Below are positions 8,462 through 17,758 of a stretch of DNA of 64,000 bases, piece by piece. A program made the translations under genes and the position numbers. Source of the DNA: an uncultured bacterium (GTDB lineage Bacteria; Armatimonadota; Hebobacteria; Hebobacterales; Hebobacteraceae); NCBI GenBank assembly GCA_964385645.1, contig CAYLPT010000188.1:8727-72726 (forward strand), written 5' to 3'. Within the stretch, counting starts at the first letter, position 1. Each line of letters begins with the position of its first letter. Below the pieces are notes generated by a model. It saw only the letters and a program-made list of their open reading frames with translations, was not told the origin of the DNA and ran no database searches.

Positions 8462-9907
8462 ATGCGACACCATGCCCTTTCGCGCGAGCCGTCAGGAAGG
8501 CAAACGGTGCTGGAAGCGTCTGCTATCCTCGCCGCAGCGCTGATCTTCGGTCTGGCGACGAGCGCTCCCAGCCCCGCGTCTCGGGATGCCGCGGCGCCCG
8601 AGCTGGAGGTCGTGATAGAGCTGGAGGAGGATGTCTACTCGTGCGGCCCTCCGGAGAACGGCGCGGGCCCGATGTGGGCCTATGGGTCGAGCTGCATAGC
8701 GCGGGTCGGCGATGACGTGTTCATCAGCGGCCTGGAGTTGCTGCCTGACGCGCCCCCTCTGAACAACGTGCGCGGTATCCTGTTCCACCGCAAGGAGCAC
8801 GGTTGGGAGCTAGCGGCAAGGGCCCCCGGCCGTACCCGCGAGCCGTGCCCAATCGTCGGTCTTGCGGATGGGACGGTGCTGCTCTCCTGCAACCCGACTC
8901 TGACCGGTCCGCAGGCGAGGGGAGGCCCCGCGCGGCCGGAGATCCTTGCGTTCAGCGCCTCCAACCCGGCCGCTCCAGCGCGGACGCTCCGGCCGGTGTG
9001 GGACGGCGAGCCGGCCTTCACCGAGCACTCCTACCGGAGCTTCGCGGCCGATGGGCCGAACCGGGAGCTGATCCTTTTCCAGAACATCGGCCACACCCAT
9101 GCCGAGTGGAGCTTCCGCGACCACACCGGCGCGTGGTCAGCCCAGGGCCGCCTGATCTGGCCCTGGGGGGCGGACTACCCGGAACCCCAGCCCATCCGCC
9201 TCTGCTATGCCACCGTCGGGCTGAAGGACCGTCGCGTCTACTTCAGCGCGGTGAGCGACATCGTCGAGCCCTACCCGGAGTGGCGGCAGTACAAGCTGGA
9301 GCTCACTGGCCGGGACTGGGACTACGATTTCCGCCGGCTCTTCTTCACCTGGAGCGATGACATCACCACCGGCGAGTTCCACGACTGGATAGAGGTTTCC
9401 AGTCGAGACCACACGGCCGGCCACATCTTCCCCCTCGACCTATGGGTTGGGCCGGACGGCGCCGTGCATCTCCTGTGGAGCGAGAGAGCCTTGGACGAGC
9501 GCCTGCGCGAGCGCTTCTTCCCGGAGGAAGAGCGCTATCAGGCGCTCATGTACGCCGTGGTCCGCGGCGGCGCAGTGGTGGAGAAGCGCCCCCTGGTGCA
9601 GGCCAGCGAGGCCTCCCCTGCCGAGATGCCGAGCACGCGTGGGGCGCGCTTCCACGTGACGCCCGGGGGACGCCTGTTCGTCTTCTACTGCGTCTGGACC
9701 GAGGCCGGGCCCCGGAACCGCCTGCTGGAGCTGCTCCCCAACCGGGGCCAGCGCGGGCCGGTCGAAGTGCCCCTGGCCCACCCGCTCACGGATTTCTACA
9801 CGGCCACCTGGCGCAACGGATCGCCCCCGTCAGAGGTGCTAGACCTGTACGGCACTCGGGCAGGGGCGGGCGATGTGTACAGCTACGCCCGCGTGCGAAT
9901 CCGCTAG
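8462..9907 (+). CDS. exported protein of unknown function (alternative start GTG 8507, preceded by AGGAAGG)
   Basis: Signal peptide ..VLEASAILAAALIFGLATSAPSPA. The mature part is long and Trp/Tyr-rich with no family motif I can name. It lies directly upstream of a GH2 gene. Confidence 0.6.
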   Translation: MRHHALSREPSGRQTVLEASAILAAALIFGLATSAPSPASRDAAAPELEVVIELEEDVYSCGPPENGAGPMWAYGSSCIARVGDDVFISGLELLPDAPPLNNVRGILFHRKEHGWELAARAPGRTREPCPIVGLADGTVLLSCNPTLTGPQARGGPARPEILAFSASNPAAPARTLRPVWDGEPAFTEHSYRSFAADGPNRELILFQNIGHTHAEWSFRDHTGAWSAQGRLIWPWGADYPEPQPIRLCYATVGLKDRRVYFSAVSDIVEPYPEWRQYKLELTGRDWDYDFRRLFFTWSDDITTGEFHDWIEVSSRDHTAGHIFPLDLWVGPDGAVHLLWSERALDERLRERFFPEEERYQALMYAVVRGGAVVEKRPLVQASEASPAEMPSTRGARFHVTPGGRLFVFYCVWTEAGPRNRLLELLPNRGQRGPVEVPLAHPLTDFYTATWRNGSPPSEVLDLYGTRAGAGDVYSYARVRIR

Positions 9908-9957
9908 CCCAGGAGGGGACTGCCCTGCCCGCTGCCGACGACACCACGCTGTGCACA

Positions 9958-12096
9958 ATGGCAACTGCGGCACTGCTGCTCGTCGTCACCTCTCTTGCCG
10001 TCGCCAGCGCGCCTTTCACCGGCCCCCGAAGCCAGATATGCCTGAATGGAGACTGGCTGCGCCATCAGGGTGGAGACGCCGTGCGCGCGCCCGAGGGCGA
10101 ATGGGAGACCGTACGGGTTCCTGAGGACCCGGCGAGCGCGGCCACCGGGTCGGCGTGGTTCAGGCTGGACTTCCGGATTCCCGAGGAGATGAGCGGGGAG
10201 GGACAGCGCCTGCTGCTGCGCTTCGTGCGCGTGCGCCACTACGCGAGGGTGTTCGTGAACGGCGTCCTGTGCGGCGAGAACTGGGGGCAGAGAGCGCCCT
10301 TCGAGGTGGATGTGACCAGCGCCGCGCGGCCCGGGCTGCCCAACCGCGTCGAGGTATGGGTCCATTGCGCCAGCGCGGAGCACGTGATGCCAGGCCGCAC
10401 CGTGACTGACCAGCAGGCGCGCCACCGGCTGGCGCCGTTGATCGGCTATCGGGAGCAGGCCACGATAGCCGAGGATGTGTACCTGATCGCCCGGCCCGAC
10501 CTCCACATCTCTGACGTGTTGGTCATGCCCTCAGTGCGCGAGAAGAGCCTCCGGGTCCGGCTGACCGTCGCGAACGATTCGGCGCGTCCCCGCGAGATGA
10601 CGGTAGCCAACCGGGTCTATCTCGGCGCGCGCGAGGCGCTCGTGTTGCCGAGCCACGCGCTCGCTCTGGAGGCAGGCGCGTCGGCTGTGGTGACCATATC
10701 CGCCCCCTGGCCCGACGCTCAGCTCTGGGGCTACCCGCCCTACGGCGAGCCGGTCCTCTACCACGCGGAGACGCGCCTGCTGGGGACGGACGGCGACGAG
10801 GTGGATCGCCTCGTCACCCGCTTCGGGTTCAGGGAGATCTGGACCGAGGGCGATCGCATCCTGCTCAATGGCAGAGAGCTCCGCCTCATGGGATACTGGG
10901 GGCCGGAGGCCTCGGGGCCCAGCGCCTGGCGCCTGCGCATGGCAGCCGTGCGGTCGGCCGGCTGCAACACAATCCACAGCCACGCCGAGCAGAAGGACCC
11001 TGCCTTCTACGAGCTCGCCGACGAGCTGGGCCTGTTGGTCTGGGACGCCAACTACTGCGGCGGCCCCCTGGGCAGCACTGAGTCCGAGCACATGAGCCAG
11101 GACTCATTCCCGGAGGTGGTGGCCGAGCTCGCGCGCCAGTACCCGCTGTGGGCGAGGGCGGTGGCGAATCACCCCAGTGTCGTCGTGGTGATGGCGGCCT
11201 GCCTCCTCAACCAGGCCGACACCGACCGGCTGGCGGCCCTCTTCCACCAGATGGACTCTACCAGGCTGATCCAGCGCGCAGGAGCGGCTACGCCGCCCCT
11301 GCAAGTCGCCGCCTACTCGTCGCACTTCCAGATGGACGGCCCGGACCCCCTGGCCGACATCAAGTCATCGCACGAGCAGGCGCGGACCCTGCGGAGGTGG
11401 CAGGGCGCCAGCGTCCCCCTGGTCAACCAGGAGGTCTGGTATCGCTGGGACTGGAGCCGTCCGGAGAGCACGCCAACACCGGAGGACTTCGCCCGCGCGA
11501 CCAGGCGGGCCATCGAGTTCTTCGGCGACGAGGGCGTGTCCGGCTTCATCCTCTATGGACAGCAGGCCTTCGAGGATCAGCCCTTGCTCGACGGGCCGAT
11601 CTCCTGGCCCAGCCGCTCGGGGACAGGGCAACACGCGCAGAACACCGTCACCGGCGGCCTAGCCTGGGGACCGAGGGAGTTCGTCAACCTCCACGACCCG
11701 GGGCGCCCGGCGGTCACGCCGCGCCCTGTTGCGGCGGCGATGCGGGAGGCCAGCCGGCGCTACCTCGGTCACGAAGTGCCCCCCGTCACACTCACCCGTC
11801 CCGAGGTCATAGTCACTGTCACCTCGGGGGGCGAGCCCGTGGCGGACGCCTACGTGCTCGCGGTGCTGCTCGAGGGGGCCCCGGTTCCACCTGCTGCTGT
11901 GCGCACCGACCGTGACGGCCGCGCATGGTTCTCCCTTCGGGAGCCAGGGCGCTATCGCTTCCTGTGCCGCGGCGGCCGCGACTGGCAGTCAGTCGAGCTG
12001 GAGGCGCCACTGCAGCCGCTGGACCTCAGCAACGGCGGCCTGGGGCCAATCCTGCGCGTCAGCCTGCCATTGGCGGACGGGGATGGGGATCCATGA
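9958..12096 (+). CDS. glycoside hydrolase family 2-like (beta-galactosidase/mannosidase/glucuronidase fold)
   Basis: Signal peptide MATAALLLVVTSLAVASA. GH2 N-terminal sugar-binding pattern: WFRLDFRIPEE..GQRLLLRFVRVRHYARVFVNGVLCGEN..APFEVDVT. A TIM-barrel region follows (NTIHSHAEQKDPAFYELADELGLLVWDA). Confidence 0.7.
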   Translation: MATAALLLVVTSLAVASAPFTGPRSQICLNGDWLRHQGGDAVRAPEGEWETVRVPEDPASAATGSAWFRLDFRIPEEMSGEGQRLLLRFVRVRHYARVFVNGVLCGENWGQRAPFEVDVTSAARPGLPNRVEVWVHCASAEHVMPGRTVTDQQARHRLAPLIGYREQATIAEDVYLIARPDLHISDVLVMPSVREKSLRVRLTVANDSARPREMTVANRVYLGAREALVLPSHALALEAGASAVVTISAPWPDAQLWGYPPYGEPVLYHAETRLLGTDGDEVDRLVTRFGFREIWTEGDRILLNGRELRLMGYWGPEASGPSAWRLRMAAVRSAGCNTIHSHAEQKDPAFYELADELGLLVWDANYCGGPLGSTESEHMSQDSFPEVVAELARQYPLWARAVANHPSVVVVMAACLLNQADTDRLAALFHQMDSTRLIQRAGAATPPLQVAAYSSHFQMDGPDPLADIKSSHEQARTLRRWQGASVPLVNQEVWYRWDWSRPESTPTPEDFARATRRAIEFFGDEGVSGFILYGQQAFEDQPLLDGPISWPSRSGTGQHAQNTVTGGLAWGPREFVNLHDPGRPAVTPRPVAAAMREASRRYLGHEVPPVTLTRPEVIVTVTSGGEPVADAYVLAVLLEGAPVPPAAVRTDRDGRAWFSLREPGRYRFLCRGGRDWQSVELEAPLQPLDLSNGGLGPILRVSLPLADGDGDP

Positions 12097-12160
12097 GCCA
12101 TCCTGGCCCACGGGCCACGGACCGCCGAACCGGAGTTGGCCGCACAGGGAGGGGCAGACG

Positions 12161-12286
12161 TCACACAAGATTGCCGGGGCGTCCACACCTCTGCAACAAC
12201 TGGCCCGCATACTCCTTACGGTAGACCACCAACAGCTCGATCAGGGTGAACCCGTTCCGACCGCCCGGCGTCGCCGGGCGGTCCAC
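12161..12286 (-). pseudogene. second truncated prepilin-motif remnant (41 codons from a GTG)
   Basis: Encodes [41 protein letters not shown]. The TM helix after LLVV is deleted. It shares the KEYA segment (DNA AgGAGTATGCG) with the remnant at 8218. Its 5' end is the terminator hairpin of the GH2 gene. Confidence 0.5.
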
Positions 12287-12294
12287 CCTTTTCT
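12259..12294 (+). terminator. intrinsic terminator downstream of the GH2 gene
   Basis: An 11-bp perfect stem, GACCGCCCGGC-gtc-GCCGGGCGGTC, followed by CACCCUUUUCU. Confidence 0.6.
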
Positions 12295-12413
12295 GGGCCC
12301 GATTGGAGGCAGGAGGGCCCCCCCCGTCCCTCGAAGAGGCCTGCCACACCCGCGCCCGGGCGCCTCGCCGGCCCGGCCAGCGCGACGGGACCAATGCAGC
12401 AGGGAGGTAGGCC

Positions 12414-13379
12414 GTGAACCGACGGTTCGCAGGACTGCTGGCGTCCGTGGTGGTGCTGTGCTCGGCCGTCGCCGCCGGCGCCGCGCCGCAGGCGGTGGTG
12501 CTCGAGCTCAAGGGACAGCCTGGGGACGCCGCCAAATACGCGACCCAGTTCAGCGCGGCGATGGACATGACGTTCACCGACCCCGCGACGGGCCGGCTCG
12601 CGTTCTCACTGAGCCCGCGCCTGGGCGGCACGGCGGTGACCATCGAGCGCGTCGTTGAAGTCACGGAGGAGGGGGCCCTGGTCGTCGGCGGGCAGGTCGA
12701 GTCCTTCGACTTCAGCTTCGAGTTCGCGGACCTGCGGGGTCAGCTCGCCCTCCAGGGCCCAGACGGCGGCCCGCCGCAGCTCATCAGGCTGCCGATGCTG
12801 CCCATATACTCGGTGGTGTCGCCGCAGGGCAAGCCGCTCGCCATCAGAGGACTGGAGCACCTTCCCATCCCTCCGATCAAGGTCCCCGGCGGCCCCGGGC
12901 TAGACCTCCGCGGCATGATCCAGGGCATGATCGAGCGCTTCTCCCAGCCTCTCTTCCCCGACCGGCCGGTGTCGGTGGGCGATACCTGGGAGTGGGAGAT
13001 GGTCGTGGACGTTGCCCAGATGCTCGAACAGATGGGCATGCCCATGCCGGAGGAGGCGAGGCAGGCCATGGCGCTCGCTCGCATCCCGCTGAAGAACACC
13101 TCCCGGCTGGTGCGCTTCGAGCAGGTCGGCGGCGTCGAGTGCGCGGTGATCGAGGCCGAGTGCCCCTGGGAGCTCACCATGCAGCCGGGTGTGGTCGGCG
13201 ATGAGCCCATCACCATGAGCCAGTCGGGCGCCACTCTGGTCCGCACCTGGTTCGACTACCAGGCGGGCCGCAAGGTGAGGGAGCAGTTCGAGTACACGTT
13301 CGCCATGCGCATGGGCACCGCGCAGGTGACGCCGATGCGCATGGAGATGCAGATCGCCGCGGACTCGCAGCTCAGGTGA
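12414..13379 (+). CDS. exported protein of unknown function
   Basis: GTG start preceded by GGGAGG. Signal peptide MNRRFAGLLASVVVLCSAVAAGAAP. The 3' end overlaps the convergent GT2::YdjC gene by 8 nt. Confidence 0.6.
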   Translation: MNRRFAGLLASVVVLCSAVAAGAAPQAVVLELKGQPGDAAKYATQFSAAMDMTFTDPATGRLAFSLSPRLGGTAVTIERVVEVTEEGALVVGGQVESFDFSFEFADLRGQLALQGPDGGPPQLIRLPMLPIYSVVSPQGKPLAIRGLEHLPIPPIKVPGGPGLDLRGMIQGMIERFSQPLFPDRPVSVGDTWEWEMVVDVAQMLEQMGMPMPEEARQAMALARIPLKNTSRLVRFEQVGGVECAVIEAECPWELTMQPGVVGDEPITMSQSGATLVRTWFDYQAGRKVREQFEYTFAMRMGTAQVTPMRMEMQIAADSQLR

Positions 13380-14949
13380 AGGATGCGGCGGCGGGCGGGG
13401 CCGGGCGCGCCGCCGGTCCCGCCCGGAGGCACTCCCGGTAGGTGGTGAGCTCGACGCCGGCCTGCCGCACGGCCTCGGCGACCTCCGCGCTCGTCAGCGC
13501 GGCCAGCTCCTGCTGCCACTGGTACGGCCAGGGCACCTCGCGCTCGATCCCGTCGCCGGCCCCCGGGTGACAGCAGAGTTCGGTAACGCCACCATCGAGC
13601 GCGAGCACGGCCCGCGCTAGGTCCTCCGTGCGCCAGCAGCCGGCCTCGTGGAAGCCGCGGAAGTCGTCGGGGACCAGCAGGCCGCTGCGGCGGAGCGCGC
13701 CCCGCGCCTGTCGGCGGGCGAAGGCCAGCGCCGCGCCCTCGGCCCACCGCCGGGGTGGCCCGGACGCGGCCGGCCCCGGCAGGCGCACCGCGCCAATGCC
13801 AGACTCCTTGGCCAGCCTCAGCACGACTGGCAGCACGCCGGGCAGGAGGTGAAGGTGCTGGTGGCTGTCCAGGTGGGATATCTCGAGCCCGGCGGCCTGC
13901 GCGCGCGCGACCTGCGCGCGCAGCTCGGCCCTCAGCTCGCTGCGTCGGACCGCGCCCCGGAGCCACCGGGCGAGGAAGCCCCGCCAGTCGGCCGGGAAGC
14001 GGCCGCTGCGGTCCACGAGGGAGGGCACCTCCGCGGGCGACAGCACAGGGCGGGTCTGGGTGAGGGCGAGGTGCACCCCGATGTCGAGCCTGGGGTGGGC
14101 CCGTGCCAGCGCTGCGGCCTCCTCGAAGGCGGCCCCGGTGGGCAGGATGCTCGCGCTGGTCACGACGCCGCGGGCGAAGGACTCGATCACGCCCTGGTTG
14201 ACGCCGCGGCACAGGCCGAAGTCGTCGGCATTGACGATGAGACGGGCGGGGCCGACGCGGCCGGCGCGGCGCCGCAGGCGGTAGGCGCGCATCTCCCCGA
14301 GCAGGCGCAGGACCACGCGGGCGCTCGCCGCGGTGGACACCCCGGCCACCCGGGGGTGGTAGTGCAGCCCGACCTCCATGATGCGCGCGCCCAGCCGCTG
14401 GGCCTCGAGCAGGAGCTCGGCGTCAATGAAGGAGCCCTCGCTTCGGAGCCGGATCCGCTCGAGCAGCGGCCGGCGGATGAGCTTGAAGGCGAAGTTCACG
14501 TCCCGCACGTGCAGGCCGAAGGTCCGGCGGATGATCTGATTGTAGGTCCACGACATCAGCTCGCGGCGGAGGCCCTCGGCGCGACCGATGCGATAGCCGA
14601 TCAGCAGGTCCACCTCCAGGGGCATCGCGGCGAGCGCGGCGCGCGCCTCGGCGACGCCGACAGGGAAATCCGAGTCCATGTATAGAACTAGCGGCTTGGT
14701 CGCGTGGCGCAGGCCTGTGGTGATCGCCGCGCCGAGGCCTCGGTTTCGCCGGTGATGGAGGGCCCGGACCTCGGGGTGCTCGGCGGCAAGGCGGTCTATA
14801 TAGGGGCCGCTGCCATCGGTGCTGCCGTCGTCCACCAGCAGCACCTCATAGTCGGTGACTAGCCCCTCGGCGATGCGGCGCGTCTCGGGCAGCAGCCGGG
14901 GAAGATTCGCCATCTCGTTGTGGATTGGGTAGACGAACGACAGGCTCAT
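13372..14949 (-). CDS. bifunctional fusion: family-2 glycosyltransferase (DPM1/ArnC/GtrB-like) + YdjC/ChbG-type carbohydrate deacetylase
   Basis: N-terminal half: LSFVYPIHNE, VLLVDDGSTDGS, YMDSDF (DxD). C-terminal half: LIVNADDFGLCRGVNQGVIESF..GVVTSASILP..DIGVHLALT..SHLDSHQHLH, the YdjC signature. No TM helices between the two halves. Confidence 0.8.
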   Translation of the reverse strand: MSLSFVYPIHNEMANLPRLLPETRRIAEGLVTDYEVLLVDDGSTDGSGPYIDRLAAEHPEVRALHHRRNRGLGAAITTGLRHATKPLVLYMDSDFPVGVAEARAALAAMPLEVDLLIGYRIGRAEGLRRELMSWTYNQIIRRTFGLHVRDVNFAFKLIRRPLLERIRLRSEGSFIDAELLLEAQRLGARIMEVGLHYHPRVAGVSTAASARVVLRLLGEMRAYRLRRRAGRVGPARLIVNADDFGLCRGVNQGVIESFARGVVTSASILPTGAAFEEAAALARAHPRLDIGVHLALTQTRPVLSPAEVPSLVDRSGRFPADWRGFLARWLRGAVRRSELRAELRAQVARAQAAGLEISHLDSHQHLHLLPGVLPVVLRLAKESGIGAVRLPGPAASGPPRRWAEGAALAFARRQARGALRRSGLLVPDDFRGFHEAGCWRTEDLARAVLALDGGVTELCCHPGAGDGIEREVPWPYQWQQELAALTSAEVAEAVRQAGVELTTYRECLRAGPAARPAPPAAASFT

Positions 14950-16609
14950 GGTGACAGGCGCGGGCCGATGCCGATCCGGGGAGCGCGCTCCCGCGGCGCG
15001 GGTTGCGTTCCCTCTCGCTCTTGCCGCGATCTGCGGCGTGCTCTACTTCTGGCGACTCGGCCTGACCCCTCTGGACGATTTCGACGAGGCCTATTACGCG
15101 GCCGGCGCGCGCGAGATGCTCGCCCGCGGGGACCTGGGCATCCCCTACTTCAACGGGCAGCCATTTCTGCTCAAGCCCATCCTCGTCTACTGGCTCATCG
15201 CGGCGGCCTTTCGGTTCCTGGGCGAGTCGGAGCTCGCAGCCCGACTCCCCTTCGCCTCCCTCGCCTTGCTGGTCGTCCTGCTCACCTACTGGTTCGGGGC
15301 GCGGACTCAGGGCCGCCGCGCCGGTCTGCTGGCCGGGTTCGCCCTCGGGCTCTCATACATGTGGGTGGACCTGGGCCGGGAGGCCATGACCGACATGCCC
15401 CTGGTCGGCGCGCTGACCGCGGCCGTGTTTCTGTTCTACCTCGCCGCCCGCGCCCCGGAGCCCGTCAGCGGCCGGCTCTATCTGGCCTGCTATCCGCTGC
15501 TGGGCGTCGCGGCCCTGGCCAAGGGGGTGGTGCCGATCGCGGTCGTCGCCGCGGGCGTGCTCGCCTGGCTCGCCGCGGCGAGGCGACTGCGGGCGGGGCT
15601 GCGCGAGGCGCGGCTGCTGCCCGGGCTGGCGCTGTTCGCCGCGGTAGCCGCGCCGTGGTTTGTCTACGCGGCGCTCCGGGAGCCGGAGTTCGTGCGCACC
15701 TTCTTCCTCCACGAGCACCTGGGCCACCTGCACGGCTCCCTCGCCCGCAACGAGCCCTGGTGGGGTCACCTCAAGAACCTGCTCGTCTACTTCTACCCCT
15801 GGGTCGCCTTCCTGCCGGCCGCGCTCGGCCACGCCTTCCGCCGGGATGAGAGGCTGGGCGCGCTGCGCTTCGCGGCCTGGTGGGCGATCGCGGTCGTGGT
15901 TGTCCTGTCCCTGGCCCGCGCCAAGCTCCCCCACTACCTCGCCATAGGCTTCCCGCCTCTGGCGCTGCTCGTGGGGGCGTGGCTGGACCGGTGGCTGGCC
16001 GGCAGCGACGGGGGCCGGCCGGCTGCCGTGGGCCTGGCGCTGCTGGCCCTGGTGGGAGCGGTCTTCGCGGGGGCGGCGGTGGGGGGCCCACTCCTGCTCG
16101 CCGCGGGCCGACTCCCCGGGGCGAGCCAGTGGCCGACCGGCTGGACGCCGGGGTGGGGCCCTGTCATCATGCTAGCCGCGCTGGCCGCCGGCTCCCTCAC
16201 GGCCGCTGTTGGGGCTCGTCTCCGCAAGGGCGTCGTCGTGCCCGCGCTCGCGCTGAGCATGTTCGCCGCGGGCCTGGCGCACGTAGGCTGGTTCAGGCCC
16301 CGCATCGCGCAAATGCAGGCCCAGCCGAGGAAGGAGCTGGCGATGATCGCCGCCTCCGCGCTCCCGCCCGAGGAGCCGCTCGGCGTCTACTACGCAAAGC
16401 GTAAGGCCACCGTGTTCTACGCGCGCCGCCCCATCGTGGACCTCGGAGAGTGGGACGACCAGGAGCTGATCTCGTTCCTCTCCTCCCCTACCCCGGCCAG
16501 TGCGCTGACCCATGCGCGCTTCGTGCCGGTGGCCGAGGAGGCGCTGGGCGGCGTGGCCGTGAGGGCGCGCCGCGGCGACTACGTGCTGCTCTCAAACCAG
16601 CCCAGATGA
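14948..16609 (+). CDS. ArnT/PMT-like GT-C family glycosyltransferase (GT39/GT83-like)
   Basis: More than 10 TM helices. First-loop acidic motif LDDFDEAYYAAGAREML, followed by PYFNGQPFLLKPILVYWLIA, which is typical of ArnT/PMT_2 proteins. Confidence 0.75.
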   Translation: MVTGAGRCRSGERAPAARVAFPLALAAICGVLYFWRLGLTPLDDFDEAYYAAGAREMLARGDLGIPYFNGQPFLLKPILVYWLIAAAFRFLGESELAARLPFASLALLVVLLTYWFGARTQGRRAGLLAGFALGLSYMWVDLGREAMTDMPLVGALTAAVFLFYLAARAPEPVSGRLYLACYPLLGVAALAKGVVPIAVVAAGVLAWLAAARRLRAGLREARLLPGLALFAAVAAPWFVYAALREPEFVRTFFLHEHLGHLHGSLARNEPWWGHLKNLLVYFYPWVAFLPAALGHAFRRDERLGALRFAAWWAIAVVVVLSLARAKLPHYLAIGFPPLALLVGAWLDRWLAGSDGGRPAAVGLALLALVGAVFAGAAVGGPLLLAAGRLPGASQWPTGWTPGWGPVIMLAALAAGSLTAAVGARLRKGVVVPALALSMFAAGLAHVGWFRPRIAQMQAQPRKELAMIAASALPPEEPLGVYYAKRKATVFYARRPIVDLGEWDDQELISFLSSPTPASALTHARFVPVAEEALGGVAVRARRGDYVLLSNQPR

Positions 16610-16619
16610 GCGAGCGCGG

Positions 16620-17690
16620 TCATTGCAGCGGCGGGAAACCGCAGGCGCTCGACCAGTCCTCCCCCTCGGGGGTCGTAGTGGGACCCCAGGGCCAGAGCCC
16701 CTCGAACTTGCCGTAGACGACGCCGCCCTGAAAGTCGGGCCTGGCCCACTTCGGGCCATGGGCGATGATATGCTCGGCGTGGAACCAGCGTGCGCGGCCG
16801 TCGAGGAAGCCGAGGTTGGACCCGCCCAGGTGGCGGGCGTAGCGCTGGCGCAGCCGAGGATCGGTGAGGAACTCGGGGGTAGGGCCGCAGTCGCGGGTCC
16901 AGGGGCACTCCTCCCAGTCGGCCGGGAAGCAGGCCGCGCACTCGAGGTGACACAGGTCGGGGTAGGCCACGAGGCCGTAGCTGGCATCGTCGGTCTGCGC
17001 GCCGCCGTCCGCGCAGATGACGAACCAGGAGGGGTCCTCGACTTGCGATAGCCTCAGCCCGGGGTGCCAGGTGGTGGCTATGGACTGCCGAAAGGCGCCC
17101 TCCCGCGGCTTGCGGCCGAAGCCGGGGACGGCAAGGCTGCCCTGTGCGATGGAGTCGGTGATGACCCCGCCCCAGCCAGAGGGGAAGCCGAGGAAGCAAG
17201 GCCCGGCTATCCAGGTGTGCTGGCCCCAGAGTCCCTCGGTGCGCTGGCAGTAGGCGAGCCAGTCGGGGTCGGGGATGATCCAGCGGGCGCCGGACTCGAC
17301 CCGCGCGCTGGGGCAGCGCCAGACCTCCCGGCTGCGCACATAGGGGTCGAGGATGACCGCCCACCGCAGATACGGGTTTGCCTGCCTGGCCCGGGGGCAG
17401 TGGTCGAGGATCTCCTGGTTCCACTCACCTCCGCCGGGCGCGCCGTCGAAGTAATCGAGGGCCTCGCGGCGGTGCTCATCTGGGGGGAGCGTATCATCGT
17501 TGTCGGCGAGGTAGAGCTGAATGGCGAGGGCGACGTGCCGGACGTTGGAGAGACACACGGCCCTCCGCGCCGCCTCCCGGGCGCGGGCGAACACGGGGAA
17601 GACCATCGCCGCGAGGAGGCCGATGATCGCGATGACCACCAGCAGCTCGATGAGCGTGAAGCCTCTCGCTGTGCGTCCTGTCGCGCGCAC
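16620..17690 (-). CDS. prepilin-type N-terminal cleavage/methylation protein, DUF1559 / H-X9-DG family
   Basis: GTG start. N-terminus: [53 protein letters not shown]-terminus: [17 protein letters not shown] (H-X9-DG). Confidence 0.85.
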   Translation of the reverse strand: MRATGRTARGFTLIELLVVIAIIGLLAAMVFPVFARAREAARRAVCLSNVRHVALAIQLYLADNDDTLPPDEHRREALDYFDGAPGGGEWNQEILDHCPRARQANPYLRWAVILDPYVRSREVWRCPSARVESGARWIIPDPDWLAYCQRTEGLWGQHTWIAGPCFLGFPSGWGGVITDSIAQGSLAVPGFGRKPREGAFRQSIATTWHPGLRLSQVEDPSWFVICADGGAQTDDASYGLVAYPDLCHLECAACFPADWEECPWTRDCGPTPEFLTDPRLRQRYARHLGGSNLGFLDGRARWFHAEHIIAHGPKWARPDFQGGVVYGKFEGLWPWGPTTTPEGEDWSSACGFPPLQ

Positions 17691-17729
17691 CCCTGATCTT
17701 CCCCGTACCTCGCGCCCCCGTGTGTCTCT

Positions 17730-17758
17730 ATCCTACCATCGCCCGTCACCATCCGTAA
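17730..17758 (-). promoter_or_regulatory. candidate promoter TTACGG-N17-TAGGAT for the DUF1559 gene
   Basis: Read on the minus strand. The -10 lies about 40 nt upstream of the GTG at 17690. Confidence 0.3.
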
